This document shows positions 24,566 to 34,314 of a stretch of 37,105 nucleotides of DNA, one piece after another. This stretch comes from Rikenellaceae bacterium. Its GTDB lineage: Bacteria; Bacteroidota; Bacteroidia; Bacteroidales; UBA932. The notes below the pieces were generated by a model that made no database searches, was not told the DNA's origin, and was given only the letters and a program-made list of their open reading frames with translations. Each line of letters opens with the position of its first letter. Within the stretch, counting starts at the first letter, position 1. The stretch covers positions 1 to 37,105 of the forward strand of contig CAAFZB010000006.1 of NCBI GenBank assembly GCA_900767405.1, written 5' to 3'. Position numbers and translations under genes: made by a program.

Positions 24566-25590
24566 ATACGTTTTGCCGTTGCCTGCAGGAATCGTGCCGT
24601 GCATTCCTCTACGTACGCGGGGATGTCCCTTGCCGACGTGATGTCCGATTCAAGGAAGAGCTTGCCTCCGGAGGCCTGTTCGTGGCCGCCGCCGTGAAAA
24701 CTTACGGTCGCGAGCCGATTCACGTTGATGCCTCTTTTGCTCCTCAGGCTTACCCTGTAGAAGCCGTTGTCTTCGGTGAGGGTTATGCTCACTTTTATTC
24801 TCTTTATCGTAAGGGGAATGTTTACCAGCCCCTCCAATTCTCCTTCACGTATCCCGAACTTTCTTTTTATCTCTTTGCTTACAATCATATATGCGTAGCT
24901 GTCTTTCAATACCAGGCAGTTGTCCAGAAGATAGCTTATGGCCCTGACCCTGGCGCTGCGGTAAGAGTTGAAAATACGCTGGACTATTCCGTCCCGGTCA
25001 ACTCCGGCTGCCAGAAGTTGCGAGGCCATATCCAGAGTCGAGGGCCAGACGGAATTGGCGAAATTGTTCGTGTCTGTGGTCATTCCGCACATCATTGCCG
25101 TGAGTGCCGCTTTGGAAAGGCCTTTCAGGCTGTCTCCCATAACTTTCCGCAGAATCCAGAAAAGCAGTTCGGATGCCGATGATATCCGAGTCTCGCTGAA
25201 CACCAGGTCAAACTGCCCTGTGTCGGGATGGGGATGATGGTCGATAAGAATCTTTTTTGCCCTGCACGCCAGCAGAGCTTCCTGAAACTTGTCGTCTGTC
25301 CTCGACAGACAGTTGAAGTCCAGCCCTACGATGAGGTCACATCCGGCCATAACGGAAACGTCGTCGGTTTTCTGAACTCCGCGCAGGATGAAATCCAGAT
25401 TCTCCGGAGTGTCTGTCCCGATAAGCACGATGGCGTTCTTGTCCAGTGTACGGGTGAGATAGCTGTACATTGCCGAAACGCAGCCCAGGGCATCCCCGTC
25501 CGGATGTGTATGCGAAACTATCACCACGCTTGCGCTGGTGTGGACAAGTTCTTTGAACCGGGAAATGCTGTTGTCTGGCAGAATGTTCAT
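24562..25590 (-). CDS. nrnA: DHH/DHHA1 phosphoesterase (NrnA-like oligoribonuclease/pAp phosphatase)
   Basis: HTHPDGDALG, LIDHH, TTDTNNF, SLRS, GGGH..ASGG. Confidence 0.9.
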   Translation of the reverse strand: MNILPDNSISRFKELVHTSASVVIVSHTHPDGDALGCVSAMYSYLTRTLDKNAIVLIGTDTPENLDFILRGVQKTDDVSVMAGCDLIVGLDFNCLSRTDDKFQEALLACRAKKILIDHHPHPDTGQFDLVFSETRISSASELLFWILRKVMGDSLKGLSKAALTAMMCGMTTDTNNFANSVWPSTLDMASQLLAAGVDRDGIVQRIFNSYRSARVRAISYLLDNCLVLKDSYAYMIVSKEIKRKFGIREGELEGLVNIPLTIKRIKVSITLTEDNGFYRVSLRSKRGINVNRLATVSFHGGGHEQASGGKLFLESDITSARDIPAYVEECTARFLQATAKRI

Positions 25591-25610
25591 CCAATGTCTT
25601 TTTCCGAGGG

Positions 25611-25658
25611 CAAATTTAAGAAAAATATTGCATTATTTAAATCGATTTGCTAACTTTG
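25611..25658. promoter_or_regulatory. Divergent -7 boxes for nrnA (-) and the 25692 operon (+)
   Basis: Minus strand TAAATTTG at 25611-25618; plus strand TAACTTTG at 25651-25658 with TTG 20 nt upstream. Confidence 0.55.
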
Positions 25659-25691
25659 TAGGACTTTGGAAATATTAAAATAACACACATA

Positions 25692-26378
25692 ATGAACAAA
25701 AGTACCAAGATTATCGTAGAGATTCTGTTGTTCGTGGTTTGTCTCGGACTTGTCTATCTCATTTACAACTCAATTATGCAGCCTGTTCGTTTCAACAAGC
25801 AGAAAGCATATCGTGAGAGCGTTGCAGTTCAGCGTCTTAAGGACATCCGTACACTTGAAGTCGCTTTCAAGAGCGTGAACGGCAGATACACCGGAGACAT
25901 CGACTCTCTCATCGACTTCTACCATACCGGCAAGATGGAAGTCATAATGCAGGTAGGTTCGGCGGATGATTCGATTGCAGTTGCTCATACCGAAGAACTC
26001 AAGAAGAAGGGCGCGAAGGTTGAGGACCTCCTCAAGATGTATCAGGAAGGCGCAAATGATCTGTACTTCTCTACAAAGACACTTGTCCCCGTCAAGGATA
26101 CACTTTTCACCGGACGTGAAAACCTTGTTCTGGATTCACTTGCATACATTCCTTTCTCAGGTGGCCAGCCTATAGAAATGAAGGCCGTCATAAAGATCGT
26201 TTCCGGTGTGAACGTTCCTCTCTTCGAGGCTGATGCTCCTTATGACAAGCTTCTTCGCGGTCTCGACCGTCAGCTTATCATCAATGCTAAGGCAGACTGC
26301 CGCGACAAGAACAGGTTCGAAGGACTCCAGGTAGGTTCTGTCGACACACCTAACAACAACGCAGGTAACTGGGAGTAA
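25692..26378 (+). CDS. Conserved Bacteroidota hypothetical membrane-anchored protein
   Basis: N-terminal TM helix, SIMQPVRF, RLKDIR, YIPFS, GLQVGS...NNNAGNWE; has its own promoter and an AT-rich start context. Confidence 0.75.
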   Translation: MNKSTKIIVEILLFVVCLGLVYLIYNSIMQPVRFNKQKAYRESVAVQRLKDIRTLEVAFKSVNGRYTGDIDSLIDFYHTGKMEVIMQVGSADDSIAVAHTEELKKKGAKVEDLLKMYQEGANDLYFSTKTLVPVKDTLFTGRENLVLDSLAYIPFSGGQPIEMKAVIKIVSGVNVPLFEADAPYDKLLRGLDRQLIINAKADCRDKNRFEGLQVGSVDTPNNNAGNWE

Positions 26379-26387
26379 CAGTCTCCT

Positions 26388-26918
26388 ATGAGGATCATCG
26401 GGGGCGCCCTCAAGGGCAAGACCATCAATCCTCCAGCAGGATATAAAGCAAGGCCCACCACGGATTTTGCCCGTGAGGGCCTTTTTAATGTGCTTGGAAA
26501 CGAATACGAATTCGAAGACCTCAAGGTCCTTGACCTCTTTGCCGGCACCGGAGCTGTGGGATTTGAATTCGCATCAAGAGGAGCAGCCCGCGTTTACAGC
26601 GTGGAGATGTCCAGGGAGAATGCGACTTTCATAAAGACAGAAGCGGCCAGGCTGGGACTCGGCAACCTTACGATGGTAAGGGATAACGTCTTTGATTTCA
26701 TCCCTGTCTGCCACGAGAAATTCGATATTGTATTTGCAGACCCTCCGTATGCTCTTGATGGACTTGAAACCATCCCGGACAGAATTTTCGAAAAGGGTCT
26801 GCTTTATCCCGAACGTTACCTGATCCTTGAGCACGGGGACGAACATTCCTTTGTGAACCATCCGCGTTTCAAGAAAGAAAAAGTTTACGGCAGGGTTCAT
26901 TTCTCTTTTTTTGAATAA
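26388..26918 (+). CDS. rsmD: 16S rRNA m2G966 methyltransferase RsmD family
   Basis: MRIIGG..KG, RPTTDFAREGLFN, LDLFAGTG, FADPPY, LEH. Confidence 0.92.
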   Translation: MRIIGGALKGKTINPPAGYKARPTTDFAREGLFNVLGNEYEFEDLKVLDLFAGTGAVGFEFASRGAARVYSVEMSRENATFIKTEAARLGLGNLTMVRDNVFDFIPVCHEKFDIVFADPPYALDGLETIPDRIFEKGLLYPERYLILEHGDEHSFVNHPRFKKEKVYGRVHFSFFE

Positions 26919-26931
26919 ACTACTTACAATT

Positions 26932-27933
26932 ATGTCACTTATAGAAAATATCATCGAACGCGCGAAATCCAACAGACAGCGCATCGTGCTTCCCGAATCT
27001 TTTGAAGAACGTACAATAAAGGCGGCAGACAAGGCTCTGGCCGACTCGCTGGCCGACATAATCCTCATTGGAAACAAGGAAAAAATTCTCTCCTATGCCG
27101 CCGGACTCGGACTCCGCAACATTGAGAAAGCTACAATCATCGACCCCGAGACCAGCGAAAAAACAGCTCAGTACAGGGATTTGCTCTACGAACTGCGCAA
27201 GTCAAAGGGAATGACTCCCGAACAGGCAGACAAACTGGTGCTCGATCCGTTGTATTTCGGATGTCTTATCATTAAGAGCGGGGATGCGGACGGTCAGATA
27301 AGCGGAGCTCTCTCTACAACCGGAGAAACCCTCCGTCCTGCACTTCAGATTATCAAGTGCGCTCCGGGCATAAGCTGTGTCAGCGGTGCGATGCTTCTCA
27401 TTACAAAGACTCCCGAGTATGGCCGGGATGGTGTTCTGGTTGTAGGTGACGTTGCAGTTACTCCTGCTCCCGATGCTTCCCAGCTTGCCCAGATTGCCGT
27501 TTGCACGGCAAGAACTGCAAAGAGTGTCGCAGGTTTCGATGACCCTAAGGTCGCTATGCTGTCCTTCTCTACAAAGGGTTCGGCAAAACACGAGGTTGTG
27601 GACAAGGTGGTTGAGGCGACTGCACTTGCAAAGCAGCTCGATCCTTCTATAAGCATTGATGGAGAGCTTCAGGCCGATGCCGCCCTGGTTCCTTCTGTCG
27701 GCGCAAAGAAAGCGCCCGGTTCAGAGATAGCCGGAAAGGCGGACGTGCTGGTGTTCCCCAATCTGGAAGTAGGCAATATCTGTTACAAGATGGTGCAGAG
27801 GCTCGGTGGCGCCGAGGCTATCGGTCCTATCCTTCAGGGTATCGCGAAGCCGGTAAACGACCTGAGCCGCGGATGCAGCGTAGACGATATCTATAAGCTT
27901 ATCGCAATCACTGCCTGTCAGTCGATGGACTAG
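26932..27933 (+). CDS. pta: Phosphate acetyltransferase
   Basis: IVLPES.EERT, MLSFSTKGSA, DGELQADAA, FPNLEVGNI.YK, GPILQG..KPVNDLSRGCS. Confidence 0.96.
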   Translation: MSLIENIIERAKSNRQRIVLPESFEERTIKAADKALADSLADIILIGNKEKILSYAAGLGLRNIEKATIIDPETSEKTAQYRDLLYELRKSKGMTPEQADKLVLDPLYFGCLIIKSGDADGQISGALSTTGETLRPALQIIKCAPGISCVSGAMLLITKTPEYGRDGVLVVGDVAVTPAPDASQLAQIAVCTARTAKSVAGFDDPKVAMLSFSTKGSAKHEVVDKVVEATALAKQLDPSISIDGELQADAALVPSVGAKKAPGSEIAGKADVLVFPNLEVGNICYKMVQRLGGAEAIGPILQGIAKPVNDLSRGCSVDDIYKLIAITACQSMD

Positions 27934-27949
27934 CGTATATAGACTGACT

Positions 27950-28756
27950 TTATAACCCTTTGGCCTTGCCCTCGTCCCAGATTTCATCCATTTGTGCGAG
28001 AGTGAGGTCTGTAAGTTTTATGCCCTTCCTTATGGTGTTGTCTTCGAGGTAGGTGAAACGCCGGCGGAATTTGCTGCAGCAGTTATGGAGCGCGGCTTCC
28101 GGGTCAATGCCATAGAGTCTTGCGGCATTGATGGTTGCGAAAAGAAGGTCTCCGAACTCTTCCAGCATATGGTCGGGGCCGTCCTGGGCGCAGGCCTCTT
28201 CGACCTCTCCCAGCTCTTCGTGGACCTTGGCCCATACGTCTTCCCTCTTTTCCCAGTCAAATCCGCATCCCCGGGCTTTCTCCTGCAGGGCGAGAGCCTT
28301 GAGCACAGCCGGCATAGCTTCGGGAATGCCGTCCATAACGTGTCTGTTGCCGTCCTTTTCCTTGGCCTTCACAAGTTCCCAGGTGTCTGCGATATGTTTT
28401 GCCGTAGTAGCTTGGGCCTTGTCCAGAACTGACCCGTCGGGGGCAAATACGTGAGGGTGTCTGAAAATCATTTTCTCGCATATGCTGCAAAGTGAGTCGG
28501 CCACGTCGAACTCTCCCTTTTCCTGTGCTATCCTGGCGTAGAAAACAAGGTGGTAGAACAAATCCCCTAGTTCCTTGCAGGTAGCTTTAATGTCGCCCTT
28601 GAGAATGGCGTCGGACAGCTCGTAGACTTCCTCTTCGGTAAGAGCTCTCAGGCTGTCGAAGGTCTGCTCTGCATTCCAGGGGCATTTCTCCCTCAGGTTG
28701 TCCATTATGTCGAGAAGACGGGCAAATTCTGCAATTTTCTGTTCCTTGCTGTGCAT
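27950..28756 (-). CDS. mazG: Nucleoside triphosphate pyrophosphohydrolase MazG (start moved to ATG 28756)
   Basis: LREKCPW, EEVYEL, ELGD, RHPHVF, GFDW, EEFGDLLF, KFRRRF; two MazG domains. Confidence 0.93.
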   Translation of the reverse strand: MHSKEQKIAEFARLLDIMDNLREKCPWNAEQTFDSLRALTEEEVYELSDAILKGDIKATCKELGDLFYHLVFYARIAQEKGEFDVADSLCSICEKMIFRHPHVFAPDGSVLDKAQATTAKHIADTWELVKAKEKDGNRHVMDGIPEAMPAVLKALALQEKARGCGFDWEKREDVWAKVHEELGEVEEACAQDGPDHMLEEFGDLLFATINAARLYGIDPEAALHNCCSKFRRRFTYLEDNTIRKGIKLTDLTLAQMDEIWDEGKAKGL

Positions 28757-28768
28757 AGAAAATAATCT

Positions 28769-28789
28769 TAAATTTGTATCGCAAAAATA
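28769..28789. promoter_or_regulatory. Face-to-face -7 boxes for tcdA (+) and mazG (-)
   Basis: Plus strand TAAATTTG 28769-28776; minus strand TATTTTTG 28789-28782; 5 nt apart. Confidence 0.55.
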
Positions 28790-28799
28790 CGCATTATTT

Positions 28800-29498
28800 A
28801 TGAACTGGAAAGAACGTACCGTACTTCTTCTCGGAGAAAATGCAGTAGAGAAGCTTGCGTCCTCTACCGTGGTTGTCGTGGGAGTCGGTGGAGTTGGAGC
28901 CGCGGCGGCCGAGATGCTGGCCAGGGCCGGGGTGGGACATCTTGTCCTCATAGACAACGACTGCGTGGGAGAGAGCAATATCAACCGTCAGCTGCCAGCT
29001 TTGCATTCTACCGTAGGGAAAGCGAAAACCGAGGTCCTTTCCGAAAGGCTGATGGATATAAATCCCAATCTGGTTGTGGAAACGCTGGCGGAATATGTGT
29101 CGGAAGACAATATGTGCATAGGCCGCCCCTCATTTGTGGTCGATGCCATCGATACGCTCAGCCCTAAGATTGCTTTGATCCAGTATTGTCTGAAGGAGAA
29201 TATCCCTATGGTCAGTTCGATGGGTGCCGGAGCCAAAATTGACGCCACTACGGTGCGAATAGACGACATTTCCAGGACTCACGAGTGCCCTCTGGCGCAT
29301 ATGCTCAGGAAAAGACTCCACAAACTCGGAATAAAGGAAGGTTTCCCGGCAGTGTATTCCATAGAGAAACCCATAGAAACGGCGGTAATAATGGAGGAGA
29401 GCCGCAACAAGAAATCTCAGGTGGGGACCATTTCATATCTTCCTACGGTGTTTGGCTGTGCCTGCGCCCAGGTGGCAATTGGGAATATTATAAAATAA
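28800..29498 (+). CDS. tcdA: tRNA threonylcarbamoyladenosine dehydratase (ThiF family)
   Basis: VGVGGVG..AAEML.RAGVG, SNINRQ, VDAID, SSMGAG, CPLA..LRKRL, GTISY.P. Confidence 0.88.
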   Translation: MNWKERTVLLLGENAVEKLASSTVVVVGVGGVGAAAAEMLARAGVGHLVLIDNDCVGESNINRQLPALHSTVGKAKTEVLSERLMDINPNLVVETLAEYVSEDNMCIGRPSFVVDAIDTLSPKIALIQYCLKENIPMVSSMGAGAKIDATTVRIDDISRTHECPLAHMLRKRLHKLGIKEGFPAVYSIEKPIETAVIMEESRNKKSQVGTISYLPTVFGCACAQVAIGNIIK

Positions 29499-29517
29499 TA
29501 TGCTATCTTTGTAAGAT

Positions 29518-30636
29518 ATGTACAGAATAAAGGAAGTTGAAACCGGAAAAGAGCTTATGCAGTTCGTAAAGTTCCCCGATGAACTTTATCGTGACTGCAG
29601 GCAATATGTGCCGGCACTTCATTCCGACCAGGTAAAGTCGCTTACAAAGGTTTCCACACTCAAGTACTGCACACGCAAAATGTGGCTTGCCCTCGATCCG
29701 GATTCAAAAGTCGTAGGCCGCATCTGCGCTATGATAAATCCCCGGTATAATGAGCTGTATTCCAAGAAGAGAGCAAGATTCGGCTGGTTTGACACCATAG
29801 ATGATTTTGAAGTTGCAAAGCTCCTCATAGGGGCTGCCGAGCAGTGGGCCGTTTCAAACGGGATGGAGGAAATACACGGGCCTTTGTATTACAATACGCT
29901 TGGCAAACAGGGAATGCTGGTCGAGGGATTCGATAACGTGCCGCCCTTCAATTGTCTGTACAACTTTTCGTACTACAATGATTTCGTTCAGCGCCTCGGA
30001 TATGAGAAGGAGCTTGACTGGCTGCAGTATAAAATAGTCGCCAACCACGGCGTTCCCGAAAAGGCCAGGAGGGTCGCAGATATTGTGCTTTCAAGGTATA
30101 AGCTACATTTTGGCAGTCTTGAAGAACTCAAGAAAGACCCTTTGAAGGTCAGGAAATTCTTCAAGGTCTACAATGACTCGTTTTCCAAGTCCGTTCAGAA
30201 TTTCGTGCCTTTTACCGATGAGGAGATAGAAGAGGAAGCAAAATCCACGTTGCCGTTCGTGAGCGACAAGACCAGTTGCGTGCTTTTTGATGAGAATGAC
30301 GAAATTGTTGCGTTCGGAATTTCCTTCCCGTCGATTTCGGCCGCTCTCCAGAAGGCGAAGGGCCGCCTTTTTCCGTTCGGATGGTTCCACATCCTCAGGG
30401 CGATGCACAACTACGAGGTTACCGACCTGATGATTAACGGTGCGGCTCCGGAGTGGCAGAATACGGGGGTGAGTGCAGTATATTACAGGGAGATGGCCAA
30501 CAGGGCCGCGAAAGCCGGCACCCGCTGGGCGATCTCCAATCCTCAGATTGAATCCAACAGCGCCGTGAATATATGGAACAGTTATGAACGGGAGCCATAT
30601 ATGAGGCGCAGATGTTATATCAAGAAACTTAAGTGA
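29518..30636 (+). CDS. Conserved double-GNAT-fold protein (YghO-like), function unknown
   Basis: [43 protein letters not shown]; -7 box TATCTTTG at 29504-29511. Confidence 0.65.
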   Translation: MYRIKEVETGKELMQFVKFPDELYRDCRQYVPALHSDQVKSLTKVSTLKYCTRKMWLALDPDSKVVGRICAMINPRYNELYSKKRARFGWFDTIDDFEVAKLLIGAAEQWAVSNGMEEIHGPLYYNTLGKQGMLVEGFDNVPPFNCLYNFSYYNDFVQRLGYEKELDWLQYKIVANHGVPEKARRVADIVLSRYKLHFGSLEELKKDPLKVRKFFKVYNDSFSKSVQNFVPFTDEEIEEEAKSTLPFVSDKTSCVLFDENDEIVAFGISFPSISAALQKAKGRLFPFGWFHILRAMHNYEVTDLMINGAAPEWQNTGVSAVYYREMANRAAKAGTRWAISNPQIESNSAVNIWNSYEREPYMRRRCYIKKLK

Positions 30637-31727
30637 TGGCAGACAACAACCTACTTGAAAAAGTCCTTTCTCTGGAGGGCAAGTTCAAATCGCTGCAGGA
30701 TCAGCTTACAGATCCCGAGGTGATTTCCGATATGAAGAGATATGTCCAGCTGAACAAGGACTACAAAGAGCTCCAGCCTATTATCGAGGCCGGCAAGCAG
30801 TACGAAAAGATGCTTGCCGAGCTGTCTCAGGCCAAGGATATCCTTATGAACGAAAAGGATGACGACCTTAAGGAAATGGCCCGGGAAGAGATTGCGGGCA
30901 TTGAACCCCGGATCCCCGATATGGAGCAGAAAATCAAGCTTCTGCTGATTCCTGCCGATCCCGACGACAGCAAGAATGCGATGATTGAAATCCGTGGCGG
31001 TACCGGAGGTGACGAGGCTGCCATCTTTGCCGGAGACCTGTTCCGTATGTACCAGCATTTTGCTGAGTCTAAGGGATGGAAATTGGAAATCAGCGACCAG
31101 GCCCCCGGAACGTCAGGCGGATTCAAACAGATTGTTTTCAAGCTCAGTTCCTCTGTAGACGGAGTTTACGGAATAATGAAATATGAGTCCGGCGTGCACC
31201 GTGTCCAGCGTGTTCCTCAGACCGAGACGCAGGGGCGCATCCAGACTTCTGCGGCATCTGTTGCAGTGTTCCCGGAAGCCGGAGAGTTTGACGTGGACCT
31301 GAAATGGGATGATATCCGTCTCGACCTCTTCTGCTCGTCCGGTCCCGGAGGACAGGGTGTAAATACCACATACTCGGCCGTCCGCCTTACCCATATCCCT
31401 TCCGGACTGGTAGTGCAGTGCCAGGAGGAGCGCTCTCAGCTCAAGAACAAGGACCGTGCGTTTGAGGAACTCCGTACCCGTCTGTACAACCTCGAACATC
31501 AGAAATATCTGGACGGCATCGCCGCAAAGCGCAAGACGATGGTGAGCACAGGCGACCGCAGTGCGAAGATACGTACCTATAACTATCCCCAGGGCCGTGT
31601 GACCGACCACCGTATCAACTGGAGTATGTACAATCTTCCCGTCTTTATGGACGGTGATATCCAGGAATGCATCGAGCAGCTCCAGGTTGCCGAGAATGCG
31701 GAGCGTCTGAAGGAAGCGGGGGAGTAA
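30636..31727 (+). CDS. prfA: Peptide chain release factor 1
   Basis: [21 protein letters not shown] (PxT anticodon motif), [25 protein letters not shown] overlap with the upstream gene. Confidence 0.96.
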   Translation: MADNNLLEKVLSLEGKFKSLQDQLTDPEVISDMKRYVQLNKDYKELQPIIEAGKQYEKMLAELSQAKDILMNEKDDDLKEMAREEIAGIEPRIPDMEQKIKLLLIPADPDDSKNAMIEIRGGTGGDEAAIFAGDLFRMYQHFAESKGWKLEISDQAPGTSGGFKQIVFKLSSSVDGVYGIMKYESGVHRVQRVPQTETQGRIQTSAASVAVFPEAGEFDVDLKWDDIRLDLFCSSGPGGQGVNTTYSAVRLTHIPSGLVVQCQEERSQLKNKDRAFEELRTRLYNLEHQKYLDGIAAKRKTMVSTGDRSAKIRTYNYPQGRVTDHRINWSMYNLPVFMDGDIQECIEQLQVAENAERLKEAGE

Positions 31728-31730
31728 GGA

Positions 31731-32972
31731 TTATTTCCTGAAGGCGAGGCAGGCGTTGTGTCCTCCGAAACCAAGTGAATTCGAAAGGCCGAGAGTTATC
31801 CCGGCTTTTTGTTTTGTATTGGGAGTGTAGTCAAGATCGCACTCAGGGTCGGGGACATCCAGATTGATGGTAGGTGGAATCTGCCCCGTGCCTACGGAAA
31901 GAATGGTGGCTATGGCTTCGGCTGCACCCGTGGCTCCCATCATATGTCCGTGCATCGACTTTGTGCTGCTTATGTGCAGGCTGGCCGCTTTTTCTCCGAA
32001 GGCCTTCTTGAGTGCCAGAGTTTCTGTGACGTCGTTCAGCTTCGTTCCGGTCCCGTGAGCATTTATGTATACGCAGTCCCTGTCGGGATTGTATCCGGCC
32101 TGCTCGCAGGCCAGTCTTATGGCCCGTACCTGTGCGGTGGCCTCAGGATCGGGCGCCGTGGCGTGGTATGCGTCGCAGGTGGCGCCGTATCCGCATATTT
32201 CTCCGTAAATCCTGGCGCCGCGGTTCTTTGCGTGCTCGTATTCCTCAAGAACCAGAACTGCAGCTCCGTCGGCAAGTACGAAACCTCCTCTTTCTGCATT
32301 GAATGGCAGACAGGCGTGTTTCGGGTCCGTGGCTTTGGTGAGTGCCTTGCAGTTGGCAAAGCTGGCAAGTCCCATAGGGATGGTGCAATGGTCTGTACCG
32401 CCGGTTATCATTGCATCGGCGTAGCCGTGCAGAATTGTGCGGTAGGCTTCCCCTATGGAATGTGAAGAAGTGGCGCAGGCCGTTGAAATATTCATATTGG
32501 GCCCGCAGGCCTTGAAACGGATGGCAATCTGGGCGGCGGCCATATTGTTGATCATAGCCGGAATGAAGGAAGGGGAAATCCATTCCCCGCTGGGAGTTTC
32601 GTACATACTGCCGACTTCGCGGTAGATGGTTTCGAAACCTCCGATTCCGGAGCTGACGTTGACTCCTATACGGAATTTGTCAATGTTGACTCCGCTCTCC
32701 AGAGCTGAATCCTGCATCGCCTGTACAGCTGCAGCCATCGCGTATATGGTGAATTTGTCCTGTTTGCGGATGAAAGACTTGTCCATTCCGTAGGCCGACG
32801 GGTCGAAATTCCTTACCTTTCCTCCTATCTTTACGGCCAGGTCGTCGACCGGGTACTCCGTTATATGGTCAATGCCGCATACACCGTCGAGCAGATTGTT
32901 CCAGTATGTATTTATGTCATTCCCGATGCAGGATAAGATTCCCATACCGGTGATTACCACCTTTCGTCCCAT
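31731..32972 (-). CDS. fabF: Beta-ketoacyl-ACP synthase II
   Basis: VVITGMG, catalytic TACATS, NAHGTGT, STKSMHGH, NSLGFGGHNA (Cys-His-His triad intact). Confidence 0.93.
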   Translation of the reverse strand: MGRKVVITGMGILSCIGNDINTYWNNLLDGVCGIDHITEYPVDDLAVKIGGKVRNFDPSAYGMDKSFIRKQDKFTIYAMAAAVQAMQDSALESGVNIDKFRIGVNVSSGIGGFETIYREVGSMYETPSGEWISPSFIPAMINNMAAAQIAIRFKACGPNMNISTACATSSHSIGEAYRTILHGYADAMITGGTDHCTIPMGLASFANCKALTKATDPKHACLPFNAERGGFVLADGAAVLVLEEYEHAKNRGARIYGEICGYGATCDAYHATAPDPEATAQVRAIRLACEQAGYNPDRDCVYINAHGTGTKLNDVTETLALKKAFGEKAASLHISSTKSMHGHMMGATGAAEAIATILSVGTGQIPPTINLDVPDPECDLDYTPNTKQKAGITLGLSNSLGFGGHNACLAFRK

Positions 32973-32993
32973 TGGCTATGGTTTTAGAGCAGG

Positions 32994-33021
32994 CAAATTT
33001 ACTAATTTTTTCTTATATTTG
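32994..33021. promoter_or_regulatory. Back-to-back -7 boxes for fabF (-) and the LytTR gene (+)
   Basis: Minus strand TAAATTTG at 32994-33001; plus strand TATATTTG at 33014-33021; 12 nt apart. Confidence 0.6.
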
Positions 33022-33040
33022 CTTTTCCGTTAAGCAGCTT

Positions 33041-33919
33041 ATGTCTTTGTATGACAGAATACCGGATTATTTGCTGGGGAAGTTCCAACTTACTTCCACG
33101 GTAGTGTTCACCGTGCTGTTCTCCCTCATACTTATGCTCCTGAGCTTTCCCTTCTCCAACGATATCTGGTTTGAGCTCGCGCTTTCAAATGCCTTTGCTT
33201 TCACCGTGGCGTTCTTTATGCTTTCGGTTGCAGTGATTGCCTGCAGCAAGAGGGTGATGTACAATACCAGGGAGAGCTTCTCGATGACCTATCTGCGGTA
33301 CATAATATGGAACTTCGGAGAAGCCGTCATAATATCGGCCCTGTATACTCTCTTCACCGTGGCCGGGCAGGAGTACGGCATTCTCAAACCTCTGCCTTTC
33401 GGCATAGAAAGGATATTCCTGGGGGCTATGGTCTACACGACGGTTTGCCTTGGAATCTCTTATGTGATGGCCGGGCTGTACTTTACCGTCAACGACAAGA
33501 ACAACACCATACGGCTGCTCAACTACGGTACCGTAGTGAGCGATACCGAGCCTGAACTCCTCAATGAAAAGAAAATAACCCTGACAGACAACAACGGGCT
33601 TGTAAAACTTTCTGTGAGCCAGGGGAACCTTCTTTTCATTGAATCTGACGACAACTACATCAAAGTCTGGTACAAGACCAGTGCGGGAGAACTTAAACAG
33701 TATATGCTGCGCTGCCGTCTCAAGACTGTCGAGGAAAGTTTTACCGACAGCTGCCTTCTGCGCTGTCACAGAAAATATATTGTCAATATGTCCAAAGTGC
33801 ATCTGATGACAAAGGACAAGAACGGTTATCTGCTCGATCTGGATGAGGAATCGGTAGATCCCATTCCCGTTTCCAAAACCTACGAAGATGCAGTACTTTC
33901 AAACTTCAATTCCAGATAA
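33041..33919 (+). CDS. Membrane-anchored LytTR-family transcriptional regulator
   Basis: About four hydrophobic helices, then LLFIESDDNYIKV...LKTVEE...LLRCHRKYIVN...IPVSKTY (LytTR); no receiver domain. Confidence 0.88.
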   Translation: MSLYDRIPDYLLGKFQLTSTVVFTVLFSLILMLLSFPFSNDIWFELALSNAFAFTVAFFMLSVAVIACSKRVMYNTRESFSMTYLRYIIWNFGEAVIISALYTLFTVAGQEYGILKPLPFGIERIFLGAMVYTTVCLGISYVMAGLYFTVNDKNNTIRLLNYGTVVSDTEPELLNEKKITLTDNNGLVKLSVSQGNLLFIESDDNYIKVWYKTSAGELKQYMLRCRLKTVEESFTDSCLLRCHRKYIVNMSKVHLMTKDKNGYLLDLDEESVDPIPVSKTYEDAVLSNFNSR

Positions 33920-33922
33920 GCT

Positions 33923-34303
33923 ATGTGGCAGAGAATACAAACCCTTTATATGGTTCTGGCGCTCGTTGCGCTGGGTATCGCATTGGGATTCACTTCCCGT
34001 TTGCCTTTCATTATCCTGCTTTCGGTCTGCGCGCTGTGCAATCTGCTGCCTGTCTTCACCTTCAGGCACAGGATGCTGCAGATGAGACTTCTTCTTTTTG
34101 CCGCTGTCGCGCTGCTGGGCCTTCAGGCCTGGATGGCGTACGATTATTTTACCGCAGACGTCCAGGAAAAGTTCAACTACTCTATGGTAGTGCCGGTAAT
34201 TGCGGCTATCCTTGATTTCCTTGCCGTCAGGGGAATCGTATCGGACGAACTGCTGGTTCGCAGCGCCGGCCGCCTCAGGGCCTCGAAACGTAGGAAAAAT
34301 TAA
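33923..34303 (+). CDS. DUF4293 family membrane protein (short)
   Basis: MWQRIQTLY, F.FRHRMLQMRL, LAVRGI..DELLVRSA.RLR. Confidence 0.8.
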   Translation: MWQRIQTLYMVLALVALGIALGFTSRLPFIILLSVCALCNLLPVFTFRHRMLQMRLLLFAAVALLGLQAWMAYDYFTADVQEKFNYSMVVPVIAAILDFLAVRGIVSDELLVRSAGRLRASKRRKN

Positions 34304-34314
34304 CAATATCTATT

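Noticed and set aside
27950..29498. MazG plus ThiF/E1-like pair as an anti-phage system
   Set aside because: Both look like housekeeping forms (two-domain MazG, TcdA), are divergent, and have no E2/JAB, cyclase or toxin neighbours.
30636..31727. Programmed frameshift in the release factor gene
   Set aside because: The ORF is continuous and carries the RF1 PxT motif; the known frameshift belongs to prfB.
32981..32990. GTTTTAGAGC, identical to the start of the type II-A (SpCas9) repeat
   Set aside because: A single 10-bp match in a promoter gap with no continuation, second copy or cas9; compatible with chance.
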